A DNA stretch of 64,000 nucleotides, from NCBI GenBank assembly GCA_965652205.1, contig CBFGUI010000003.1, forward strand, positions 12,589 to 76,588, given 5' to 3'. How positions within the stretch are numbered: the stretch's first letter is position 1; each line of letters opens with the position of its first letter. The notes under the pieces are model-generated. The model had not been told where the DNA came from, ran no database searches, and saw only the letters and a program-made list of their open reading frames with translations. The translations under genes and the position numbers were made by a program. Of this stretch, positions 29,462 through 38,111 are shown in pieces. The stretch comes from an uncultured Flavobacteriaceae bacterium. GTDB taxonomy: Bacteria > Bacteroidota > Bacteroidia > Flavobacteriales > Flavobacteriaceae.

Positions 29462-30829
29462 GTGTTCCAGAAGTACACCAAGGAATTTGCTCGTAATCTC
29501 AGTTTGTCCTATCCCGTTATACTGGGAATGCTGGGGCACACCTTTGTCGCCTTTGCCGACAATATCATGGTTGGAAAATTGGGCCCCACGGAATTGGCGG
29601 CCGTATCCCTGGGGAACAGCTTTGTCTTTATCGCCATGTCCCTGGGAATTGGCTTTTCGACCGCGATCACCCCATTGGTGGCCGAGGCCGATGGGGCAGG
29701 GGACCGGGCTTCCGCCAAGAACGCCCTGAAGCACGGCCTGTTGCTCTGTACCGGCTTGGGTTTGATCCTGTTCGGGCTCATCCTCCTCTTCAAGCCCCTG
29801 ATGCACTCCATGCAACAGCCCCCCGAGGTGGTGGAATTGGCCATGCCCTATTTGGACCTGGTGGCCTTTTCCTTGGTTCCCTTGGTGATGTTCCAGGCCT
29901 TCAAACAGTTTTCCGACGGGCTATCACAGACCAAGTTCGCCATGTACGCCACCATTTTGGGCAATGTGGTGAACATCGGTCTCAACTACCTGCTCATTTA
30001 TGGAGCCCTTGGATTTCCAAAGCTGGGAATCGTTGGTGCGGCCATAGGGACCCTGGTCGCAAGGATGCTCATGGTGCTCTATATGTGGTATCTGTTGAAG
30101 CGCAAGGAAAAATTTGCATACTACGTCACCCGTTTTAATTTTCGGGCCATCGAGGGAAAGGTGATCAAGAAGATCGCGGCCCTTGGTTTTCCATCCTCCC
30201 TGCAGATGTTCTTTGAAGTGGCCATCTTCACCTCGGCCGTATGGTTGAGCGGGGTCTTGGGGACCAATAACCAGGCGGCCAACCAAATTGCCCTGAATCT
30301 GAGCAGCATGACCTTTATGGTCGGTACCGGCCTCAGTGTCGCTGCCATGATCCGGGTGGGCAATCAGAAGGGCCTTAAAGATTTTCGGGAACTCAAACGT
30401 ATCGCAGAGTCCATCTTTTTTCTCACCCTGCTACTCGAAATCGCCTTTGCATTGCTCTTTTTGATGGGCCGGCATTGGTTCCCGACCATTTATTTGGATA
30501 TGGACGACCTGGTCGACCAAGTGGACAATGCCCAAGTGATACTCATTGCCTCAAAACTCTTGTTGGTGGCCGCTTTTTTCCAAATATCCGATGGCCTGCA
30601 GGTGGTGGTATTGGGGGCCCTTCGGGGCCTGCAGGATGTCAGGGTCCCGACCTTGATCACCTTTGTGGCCTATTGGATGGTGGGTTTCCCTGTCAGTTAT
30701 TATTTGGGCCTATATACGGATTACGGAAGTATGGGAATATGGATCGGATTGTTGTTGGGCCTTACTGCATCGGCGACAATGTTGTATCTTAGGTTCAACT
30801 TTTTGACCAAAAAATTGATTTCCCACTAA
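29462..30829 (+). CDS. MATE family multidrug efflux transporter (NorM-like)
   Basis: About 12 TM helices, DNIMVG.LG...LAA, DGLQVV..GALRG; TATCTTTG box at 29433-29440. Confidence 0.93.
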   Translation: MFQKYTKEFARNLSLSYPVILGMLGHTFVAFADNIMVGKLGPTELAAVSLGNSFVFIAMSLGIGFSTAITPLVAEADGAGDRASAKNALKHGLLLCTGLGLILFGLILLFKPLMHSMQQPPEVVELAMPYLDLVAFSLVPLVMFQAFKQFSDGLSQTKFAMYATILGNVVNIGLNYLLIYGALGFPKLGIVGAAIGTLVARMLMVLYMWYLLKRKEKFAYYVTRFNFRAIEGKVIKKIAALGFPSSLQMFFEVAIFTSAVWLSGVLGTNNQAANQIALNLSSMTFMVGTGLSVAAMIRVGNQKGLKDFRELKRIAESIFFLTLLLEIAFALLFLMGRHWFPTIYLDMDDLVDQVDNAQVILIASKLLLVAAFFQISDGLQVVVLGALRGLQDVRVPTLITFVAYWMVGFPVSYYLGLYTDYGSMGIWIGLLLGLTASATMLYLRFNFLTKKLISH

Positions 30830-30862
30830 GCGCATCCCCAATGGGGCCAATTCTACAAAACT

Positions 30863-31090
30863 ATGGAACTACCTAAATTTCTCTTGGCCGACAACACCGA
30901 TCATCCGGAGGCCATTTTCATCGTCCATACCCAATTTCCCCGTTTTATCATCAATTTGGAAAATGACGAGGTGGAATGGATGGAGGAGTTCTCCCCCGAG
31001 GACGAGGCGGAACTTGAGGCGGAAGCCGAAAGCCTGATCGAGGCGGCGACCGCTTTTTACGATAGGGAAATTTCAAGATACGAGGGCTGA
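30863..31090 (+). CDS. Small highly acidic conserved hypothetical protein
   Basis: 75 aa, 21 Asp/Glu versus 4 Lys/Arg, HTQFPRF motif; stop overlaps the next start (TGATG). Confidence 0.8.
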   Translation: MELPKFLLADNTDHPEAIFIVHTQFPRFIINLENDEVEWMEEFSPEDEAELEAEAESLIEAATAFYDREISRYEG

Positions 31091-31659
31091 TGCGGGAAGG
31101 GATACTACAGTTTGACAAAGAGTTATTTCTCCTTCTCAATGGTCTGGGAACCGAAACTTGGGACGGGTTTTGGATGTTCATGACCGGGACGGGAAACTCC
31201 ATCCCCCTATACCTTCTATTGCTCTATCTGACCTATCGGACCTTTGGGCTTAAGAAAACCGCCCTGGTCCTGTTGGCCATTGCCCTTTTGATCACCTGCA
31301 CGGACCAACTCTCCAATTTTTTCAAGTACGGACTGCAGCGGCCCAGGCCCTGCCATGACCCGGAGGTGAGTGGGCTCATGCGCTTGGTGAAAAGCTATTG
31401 TGGGGGGAAATACGGATACTTTTCCGCCCATGCGGCCAACTCCTTTGGTCCCGCCCTGTTTTTTGTCGTCCTGTTCCGCAAGAAAGTCGGATACATTGGC
31501 CCCATTATGATCTTATGGGCCTGTATCGTGGCCTATAGTAGGATCTATATCGGGGTTCATTATCCCCTGGACGTGATCAGCGGGGCTTTGATCGGGGCCT
31601 TGTTCGGATGGATGTTTGCCAAAATGACCCAAAGGGGATTCCAAAAAATTGGACCATGA
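31090..31659 (+). CDS. PAP2 family phosphatase (lipid A / undecaprenyl-PP phosphatase-like)
   Basis: K..LQRPRP (C1), FSAHA (C2), SRIYIGVHYP.D (C3). Confidence 0.93.
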   Translation: MREGILQFDKELFLLLNGLGTETWDGFWMFMTGTGNSIPLYLLLLYLTYRTFGLKKTALVLLAIALLITCTDQLSNFFKYGLQRPRPCHDPEVSGLMRLVKSYCGGKYGYFSAHAANSFGPALFFVVLFRKKVGYIGPIMILWACIVAYSRIYIGVHYPLDVISGALIGALFGWMFAKMTQRGFQKIGP

Positions 31660-33347
31660 TATCAAACAACAGGTATTGGACCTTTATTGTGTTGGTTCTC
31701 CTTGTGTATCTCGCAGGGATGGGGGTGGCACTTATGGAGAACGACTCCGCCCAATTTGCCGTCATGGCCATGCGGATGGTCCAGGAAAACGATTTTTTGA
31801 ACCTGTTCAAGGGCCCCGAGGAATATCTGGACAAGCCCCATATGCACTATTGGCTGGCGGCCCTTTCCTTCAAACTGTTCGGGATCCACGATTGGGCCTA
31901 CCGTATCCCCGGGATCTTGGCCACCCTCTTGGCGGCCTATAGCTGTTTCGGCTTGGGCAAATTGCTGTACAACAGGGAGGTGGGAAGGCTTGCCGCCCTG
32001 ATCTTCATGACCGCACAGACCATAGTCCTGTCCGCCATCGATGTTCGTACCGATGCCGTGTTGACGGGTTTTGCAATTTTTTCCATATGGCAATTGGCCG
32101 TCTATATTGAAAAGGGCACCCTTAAAAATATCCTTTTGGGGGCCTTTGGGGCAGGCTTGGCCTTTTCCACAAAGGGACAGATCGCCCTGGTGGTCATCGG
32201 CATCACTTTGTTCTGCCATTTGGCCCATACCCGCAAATGGAAGGCCCTGTTCAATTGGAGGGTATTGGTGGCCCTTTTGGTCTTTGTACTGGCCATTTCC
32301 CCAATGTTGTATGCCTATTACCATCAATTTGACCTGCATCCCGAGAAGGTGATCCGGGGCAGGGACCATAGAAGTGGGATTTTCTTTATCTTTTGGGAAC
32401 AGAGTTTTGAACGGATGAGCGGGGAAGGAATGGGGAAGAACAGCAGTGATTTCTTTTTCTTTTTCCACACCTTTTTGTGGGTCTTTTTGCCCTGGACCGT
32501 ACCGGCACTCTTGGGGTATTGGGAACGGCTGAAAGATCTGTTCAAGAACCGTTTTGCCCGCCTTCCCCAAAGGGAATTCCTGACTTTTGGCGGGATAAGC
32601 ATCGTTTTTCTGCTGATCAGTTTTGCCCAATTCAAGCTTCCCCACTACATCAACATCCTGATCCCGCTCTATGCCGTCCTCACCGGCGCCTCCCTCTTTG
32701 GCCTATTTCAGGGAAAAAAAGGGAAATTGGCAAAAATTATCCTTTGGGTACAATACGGGATCTTGGGCCTTGTGGTACTCTTTTCGGCAGCGATCTGCCT
32801 CTATGTGTTCCCTTTGGGGCAGTGGTTTACCTACCTCCTTTGGCTGATGGCATTGGTCCTTTTAGGCTACCTCTGTATCAGCGAAAGGCCCCCAATATCC
32901 AGGATCATCGGGGTCTCGGTCTGCGCCTCCCTTTTGTTGAACGGCCTGTTGAACCTTCATTTTTATCCCGAGCTCCTCAAATACCAGGGAGGTTCCACCT
33001 TGGCGGAAAAGGTGGAGGCCCGGGGGATTCCCGTGGACCGGATCTACAAGATTTCCGAGCGTCACAGCTGGGCCCTGGATTTTTACAATCGGCATCCCGT
33101 ACAATTTGCCACCCCTGCACAACTCAGGGAGCTGGGGGATGTGTGGGTGCATGCCACCGATGGCGAATTGGAACAGTTGAAAGGGCAGGGATTTCGCTGG
33201 AAGGATCAAATCAGGGTGGACCATTTTCGGATCACCCGCCTTCAGCTCGCATTTTTAAGGCCCGATACCCGGGGCGGAAAACTCGAACAGCTGAATTTGG
33301 TCCAACTGGATCAATCCAAGGATTCCAATTTGGGCTTTTTGAAATGA
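31656..33347 (+). CDS. ArnT/PMT-like GT-C (GT83/GT39) lipid-carrier-dependent glycosyltransferase
   Basis: YLDKP.MHYWL, YRIPG, TKGQ, KLPHY motifs; many TM helices; ATGA overlap with the PAP2 stop. Confidence 0.88.
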   Translation: MISNNRYWTFIVLVLLVYLAGMGVALMENDSAQFAVMAMRMVQENDFLNLFKGPEEYLDKPHMHYWLAALSFKLFGIHDWAYRIPGILATLLAAYSCFGLGKLLYNREVGRLAALIFMTAQTIVLSAIDVRTDAVLTGFAIFSIWQLAVYIEKGTLKNILLGAFGAGLAFSTKGQIALVVIGITLFCHLAHTRKWKALFNWRVLVALLVFVLAISPMLYAYYHQFDLHPEKVIRGRDHRSGIFFIFWEQSFERMSGEGMGKNSSDFFFFFHTFLWVFLPWTVPALLGYWERLKDLFKNRFARLPQREFLTFGGISIVFLLISFAQFKLPHYINILIPLYAVLTGASLFGLFQGKKGKLAKIILWVQYGILGLVVLFSAAICLYVFPLGQWFTYLLWLMALVLLGYLCISERPPISRIIGVSVCASLLLNGLLNLHFYPELLKYQGGSTLAEKVEARGIPVDRIYKISERHSWALDFYNRHPVQFATPAQLRELGDVWVHATDGELEQLKGQGFRWKDQIRVDHFRITRLQLAFLRPDTRGGKLEQLNLVQLDQSKDSNLGFLK

Positions 33348-34183
33348 TAAACGATTCCCAGAAAGGAAATCAATGCCGTGATCAGGAAGAAGGCAAAACT
33401 GATTCCGATTGAGGTGTTCGCGTCCAGTCCCAGCCATTTGGCCCCATATAGAAAAGTGAGCTCCCTGCTCCCGATTCCCCCCAGGGTCAAGGGGACCACC
33501 GAGACGATGGAGGAGACCAAAAAGACAAAGAGGTATTCCAAGGGCTGTTGGTCCAGGTCCAGGGCCCTTAGGATCAGTAGGGCACAGATCAACTGTGCCG
33601 CCTGTACCAAGGCCGAATAGCCCAAAGAGCCCCAGAATACGGGCAGGGTAGTGGGGGAAAGGAGCCTATTGACAAGATAAAAACCCAGAATGCCCAAGGG
33701 AATGGCCAGGAAATAAAGGATCTCATGGCCTTGGAAAAAATGGTTCCCCGAAAACATGGCCAGGATGCAGGCATAGACAAAGAGCAGTAGCATCCCACTG
33801 AGGCGATCCACCAAAAGACTGGAAATGACCTTTTTGGAACCGGGTGCGAACTCCCTTTGGACCACATAGCCCTTATAGGCATCCCCGCCTATGCCCCCGG
33901 GAAGGAAGAGGTTGTAGAACATTCCCAATAGATATAATTTCAGATTGCTGCGATGGGACAGTCTGGCCCCCATCTGGTGGAAATAGAGGTTCAGTCTAAA
34001 GGCGGCCAGAACCTTTGAAAGCACAAAGAAGAGCAGGGCCAACACCAGAAAAAGTGGATCGCTTTCCCCCAGGGTTCGCAAGACTTCCTTAAATTCTATC
34101 TTGGTAAAGATAAAATAGATAAGGACCGTACTTACAATGATCTTTAGGACGGTTATCGCCCTTTTACGGAGCTGTGGATTCAC
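33311..34183 (-). CDS. Lysylphosphatidylglycerol synthase TM / flippase-like protein (UPF0104)
   Basis: FYNLFLPGGIGGD, DRLSG and PLTLGGIGSRE motifs. Confidence 0.9.
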   Translation of the reverse strand: MNPQLRKRAITVLKIIVSTVLIYFIFTKIEFKEVLRTLGESDPLFLVLALLFFVLSKVLAAFRLNLYFHQMGARLSHRSNLKLYLLGMFYNLFLPGGIGGDAYKGYVVQREFAPGSKKVISSLLVDRLSGMLLLFVYACILAMFSGNHFFQGHEILYFLAIPLGILGFYLVNRLLSPTTLPVFWGSLGYSALVQAAQLICALLILRALDLDQQPLEYLFVFLVSSIVSVVPLTLGGIGSRELTFLYGAKWLGLDANTSIGISFAFFLITALISFLGIVYHFKKPKLESLD

Positions 34184-35126
34184 CTATGGTAATTTTTTTG
34201 ATGCGATAGGGTCGCTTCTGCTGGGATTCATAGTAGGTGCGGATCAAGAGTTCCATCACGATCCCTATGGTGAAGAGTTGGATGCCCCCCAAGATCAACA
34301 TCATTCCAAAAATGAGCAGTGGCCTGTTGCCGATATCCTCCCCAAATCCCAGTTTTACTATCAGTAGATATACATTGATCAGGATTCCGATCAAGATCAG
34401 GAGCACCCCGAAAATCCCAAACAGGTGGATGGGCCGCTGGAAATACTTTCGGATAAAGAGCAGCAGCATCATGTCCGCCACAACTTTGAACACCCGTTCC
34501 AGGCCGTATTTTGAAACCCCCGCATTACGGGCATGGTGCTTGACGGGTACCTGCTTGATCTGGGCGCCCTCCAAGTGGGCCAAAAGGGTGATGAATCGAT
34601 GCATTTCCCCATAGAGGTTAAGCCCCTTTGCGATATCCTTGGTAAAGACCTTCAGGGCACAACCGTTGTCCTTGATGTCCAGCTTGGTCACCCGTCTGAC
34701 CAAGAAATTGGCGATTTTGGAAGGAATCTTCTTGACCAGGGAATCCTTTCTCTTTTGGCGTATTCCCGTTATCACATCGTATTCGCCCCCAACGGCATAT
34801 TCCAGCATTTTGGGAATGTCGGAAGGGTCGTTCTGAAGATCCCCGTCCATGGTGATGATATATTCCCCTTGGGCATAGTCCAGGCCGGCGGCCAAGGCCA
34901 GGCTCTGGCCATAGTTCTTCTTGAGTTGGATCAGATGGATCCGATCATCCTCCATTTCCAGAATCCTCTTGCAGGTCCGGTCCTTGGAGAAATCGTCCAC
35001 ATAGATGATCTGGTAGGTGTAGCCCTCCAGGTTTTCGTGGATTTTCCGGGTCAGGGGGACCACATTGTCCTCTTCGTTGTACAGGGGGACCACGATGGAT
35101 AAAAGGGAGTCGGTGATGATGCTCAT
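34164..35126 (-). CDS. GT2 polyprenol-phosphate glycosyltransferase (ArnC/GtrB-like)
   Basis: SIVVPLYNEE, VDDFS.D, NYGQS.A, MDGDLQNDP, C-terminal two TM helices. Start placed at ATG 35126. Confidence 0.92.
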   Translation of the reverse strand: MSIITDSLLSIVVPLYNEEDNVVPLTRKIHENLEGYTYQIIYVDDFSKDRTCKRILEMEDDRIHLIQLKKNYGQSLALAAGLDYAQGEYIITMDGDLQNDPSDIPKMLEYAVGGEYDVITGIRQKRKDSLVKKIPSKIANFLVRRVTKLDIKDNGCALKVFTKDIAKGLNLYGEMHRFITLLAHLEGAQIKQVPVKHHARNAGVSKYGLERVFKVVADMMLLLFIRKYFQRPIHLFGIFGVLLILIGILINVYLLIVKLGFGEDIGNRPLLIFGMMLILGGIQLFTIGIVMELLIRTYYESQQKRPYRIKKITIGESTAP

Positions 35127-35157
35127 TGGCTCTTGGATCTGTGCAAATTTAAATCTT

Positions 35158-36204
35158 TTAATTAAAGTTCCCCCCGATTCCCTCCACCAGCTTTTTGGCG
35201 GCATAAAAAGGGGAAATCCTTCCCTGCTCCACTTCCACGATCAATTCCTCCATGTTCTTGTTAAAGGAGGCCTGCTGTTTAAAAAACTGCCTGATATGCA
35301 GATCCACGCTCTGGAGGAACCAATTCCTGTTCTGTTTTCTTCTGTTTTCGTCAAAAAATCCATTTTCCCTGGTGTCACGGACAAAGCCTTCCACCAATTC
35401 CCAAAGCTCCGAGATTCCCCTATTTTCGGTCGAGGAACATTTGGTCACCTTGGGGACCCAGCCGTTTTCCTTTGGGGGATAGAGGTGCAGTGCCCTATTG
35501 AATTCGACCAGGGCACGTTGGGCCTTCTGTACATTGTCCCCATCGGCCTTGTTGATGGCGATGGCATCCGCCATCTCCATGATTCCCCTTTTGATGCCCT
35601 GAAGTTCATCACCGGCCCCGGAGAGTTTCAAAAGCAGGAAGAAATCGACCATGCTGTGGACCGCTGTTTCACTTTGGCCCACCCCTACGGTCTCCACCAG
35701 GATCACATCGTGGCCCGCGGCCTCGCAAAGGATGATGGTCTCCCGGGTCTTTTGGGTCACCCCGCCCAGGGAAGTGCCCGAAGGGGAGGGCCTGATAAAG
35801 GCATTGGGATCGTTGGAAAGGGCCTGCATCCGGGTCTTGTCCCCCAGAATACTGCCCTTGGTCAAGCTGCTGCTGGGGTCAACGGCCAATACGGCCACCT
35901 TTTTTTCCCGTTGGGTCAGCGTGGTTCCCAAGGCTTCGATAAAGGAGCTTTTTCCGACCCCCGGCACCCCCGTTATGCCCATTCGGATGCTTTTGTTCGG
36001 GATGGACAGGCATTTTTCGATCAGGGAATTGGCCTTTTCAAAATGGGAGGGGTTGCTGCTCTCGATCAGGGTGATGGCCTTGGCCAGAACGGCCTTGTCC
36101 CCTTTGAGGATCCCCTCGATCAACTGTTCCGGGGAAAGTTCCCCGCTGCGAAGTGCCTTGATCTTGGAAATGGTGTCTGCGGCCGTGTTCTTTTTTTTTG
36201 CCAA
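35158..36204 (-). CDS. meaB: Methylmalonyl-CoA mutase-associated GTPase
   Basis: GITGVPGVGKS, LAVDPSS, GDKTRM, ETVGVGQSE, GDELQGIKRG, NKAD. Start placed at TTG 36204. Confidence 0.95.
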   Translation of the reverse strand: MAKKKNTAADTISKIKALRSGELSPEQLIEGILKGDKAVLAKAITLIESSNPSHFEKANSLIEKCLSIPNKSIRMGITGVPGVGKSSFIEALGTTLTQREKKVAVLAVDPSSSLTKGSILGDKTRMQALSNDPNAFIRPSPSGTSLGGVTQKTRETIILCEAAGHDVILVETVGVGQSETAVHSMVDFFLLLKLSGAGDELQGIKRGIMEMADAIAINKADGDNVQKAQRALVEFNRALHLYPPKENGWVPKVTKCSSTENRGISELWELVEGFVRDTRENGFFDENRRKQNRNWFLQSVDLHIRQFFKQQASFNKNMEELIVEVEQGRISPFYAAKKLVEGIGGNFN

Positions 36205-36416
36205 GGTGCGATGGTCGTACAATTCAAGTCTAAAATAGGAAGTTTTTGTGGCATGGTCCCCAGGGAACCGGAAGCTTTTCCAAAATGGGGACCGGCATTT
36301 CACAAAAATTTAATGCCCGGCACCGACAACTTCCCGCAACTAATTGCTACCTTTTACCTTCAATGCCGCACCTCCTTGATCCCAAGGTCGTGCCAAAACC
36401 TTTAAATCTTACAACG

Positions 36417-36842
36417 ATGAAGACAATTTTTGAAAGCAGTGCCACCAATACCGGAGGTCGGTCCGGACATGTACGTTCAGAGGACGGGGTGTTGGATTTT
36501 GATATTTCCATGCCCAATTCCAAAGGAAAACCCGTTGCGGGCTCCACCAATCCGGAAGAGCTGTTCGCCGCGGCCTATTCCACCTGCTTTGCCGGAGCCA
36601 TACAGGCAGTGGCCAAGGAACATGGAGTGGAGGAACTTGGGGATTTCAGTGTGACGGCCACCATTTCCTTCAACAAGGAGGAAGAAGGGTTTTTCCTGGA
36701 GGCCACCCTGGATGCCTACCTGCCGACCGTGGACAAAAAAAAGGGAAAGGAACTGATCAATGCCGCCCACGAGGTTTGCCCCTACAGCAAGGCCACCAGG
36801 GACAACATCACCGTCCACTTGAACCTGATGTTGGACGAATGA
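36417..36842 (+). CDS. ohr: Organic hydroperoxide resistance protein (Ohr/OsmC family)
   Basis: TNPEELFAAAYSTCF and HEVCPYSKA two-Cys motifs. Start at ATG 36417. Confidence 0.92.
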   Translation: MKTIFESSATNTGGRSGHVRSEDGVLDFDISMPNSKGKPVAGSTNPEELFAAAYSTCFAGAIQAVAKEHGVEELGDFSVTATISFNKEEEGFFLEATLDAYLPTVDKKKGKELINAAHEVCPYSKATRDNITVHLNLMLDE

Positions 36843-36866
36843 CCCGCTTCAATCCCTTGCAAACCG

Positions 36867-36898
36867 ATCCCGTAGGCAACCGTCCACGGGATTTTTTT
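36867..36898 (+). terminator. Intrinsic terminator after ohr
   Basis: ATCCCGT-N12-ACGGGAT perfect 7-bp stem followed by TTTTTT. Confidence 0.8.
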
Positions 36899-36928
36899 GT
36901 TAAAATTCATCTAAATCCCCATTGTTTT

Positions 36929-36953
36929 GCAACAAGGTGATTTTCGAATCGTC
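36929..36953 (+). promoter_or_regulatory. Putative ECF-sigma promoter (autoregulatory)
   Basis: GCAAC-N16-CGTC directly upstream of the ECF sigma gene, matching the general ECF AAC...CGT pattern. Confidence 0.6.
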
Positions 36954-36994
36954 CCTTATAATGAACAACTAAAAGACCGAGCATAGAACCGACC

Positions 36995-37537
36995 TTGCTC
37001 CATATTGAATTGGTAGAAAAGTGCAGGGCCAACGACCGGCAGGCACAGATGAGATTGTACCGACAGTACTGTGACGGTATGTTCGCTGTGGCCATGCGTT
37101 TTTTGAAAAGTGTCGATGATGCCGAGGATGTGGTACAGGAGTCCTTTATTAAGGCTTTTGTGTCCTTGGACCAATTCAGGGGCGAGGTGAGTTTCGGGGC
37201 CTGGTTGAAAAGAATCGTGATCAACAAGAGCATCGATTTCATAAAATCGAATCGAAGAATGACCGAGGAATTGGAAGAACGGCATATGATCATCAGCGAT
37301 CGGGAGGATTGGACTGTCGACCGGGAGATTTCCCTAGATCGGGTCAGATCGGCCATAGAGGAACTGCCCGGGAAATACAGGTTCGTGGTACAATTGTTCT
37401 TGGTGGAGGGATACGACCACAGTGAGATATCCCAGATTCTGGGCATAACCGAGACCGCCTCGAGGACCCGATTGTTGCGGGGCAAGGCCCAAGTAAAGGA
37501 CAAACTAATGGATTTGGAACATGGAAGTAGATCTTAG
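36995..37537 (+). CDS. ECF RNA polymerase sigma-70 factor
   Basis: DAEDVVQESF (region 2.2), FGAWLKRIV.N (2.3/2.4), region 4 EGYDHSEISQILGITETASRTRLLRG. Confidence 0.95.
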   Translation: MLHIELVEKCRANDRQAQMRLYRQYCDGMFAVAMRFLKSVDDAEDVVQESFIKAFVSLDQFRGEVSFGAWLKRIVINKSIDFIKSNRRMTEELEERHMIISDREDWTVDREISLDRVRSAIEELPGKYRFVVQLFLVEGYDHSEISQILGITETASRTRLLRGKAQVKDKLMDLEHGSRS

Positions 37538-38111
37538 GGATAAATTTAAAGAGGAAAGGGAATGGCAGGGGGATTCCATGAGGGAAGGCCACCGAGGGCG
37601 TTTTCTTCAGAGATTGGAAAAGGAGCTCCCCACTGTGGTCGAAAAGAAAAAGGGGTTTTCCCTTGGCTGGAAAATTGCAGCCTCCCTTGCGGTACTCTTT
37701 GGCCTTACCCTCTATTTTACGTCCAATTCAGGAGAACCCGTCAAATTGGATCCCGTGGGGGACCCTGGAACCGACCCAATAACCAGGACCCTTTCCCTGG
37801 GAGACCTTTCCCCGGATTTCAAGAAAATCGAGACCTACTACACCACCAATATCAATCTGCAGCTTTCGGAGTTGTTGGCCGGAACGGACCATCGGGAGCT
37901 CGTCGAAAGCTACTTGGAACAACTGGGGGAACTCGATGCTGAATATCAACGACTCAACCTTGAGCTGAACCAATTGGGACCAAACGACCAGACCATTGGG
38001 GCCCTGGTGCGCAACCTGCAGATCAGGCTAGAACTTTTACAGCGGTTAAAATCAAGAATAGATCAATTAAAATCATCAAAAAATGAACAATCAACATCCG
38101 ATATTATTTAA
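37521..38111 (+). CDS. Putative single-pass anti-sigma factor
   Basis: Overlaps the sigma stop; N-terminal GHRGRF motif, one TM (WKIAASLAVLFGLTLYF), periplasmic coiled coil. Confidence 0.75.
   Translation: MEVDLRDKFKEEREWQGDSMREGHRGRFLQRLEKELPTVVEKKKGFSLGWKIAASLAVLFGLTLYFTSNSGEPVKLDPVGDPGTDPITRTLSLGDLSPDFKKIETYYTTNINLQLSELLAGTDHRELVESYLEQLGELDAEYQRLNLELNQLGPNDQTIGALVRNLQIRLELLQRLKSRIDQLKSSKNEQSTSDII

Noticed and set aside
36191-36199. Phase-variable homopolymer (A9 in meaB; A8 at the histidine kinase start)
   Set aside because: Short Lys-codon runs at 5' ends are common in Bacteroidota; the frames are intact and these are not typical contingency genes.
35065-36405. 446-aa plus-strand ORF, and similar long ORFs at 32477-33412, 49334-50188, 56822-57961 and 44407-45159
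   Set aside because: Antisense or alternate-frame shadows of well-supported genes (meaB, ArnT-like, ABC-F, recQ, secA), expected at this GC content; no recognisable motifs.
36961-36972. Mini uORF ATG-AAC-AAC-TAA after the ECF promoter
   Set aside because: Three codons in an A-rich leader, likely by chance; no supporting evidence.
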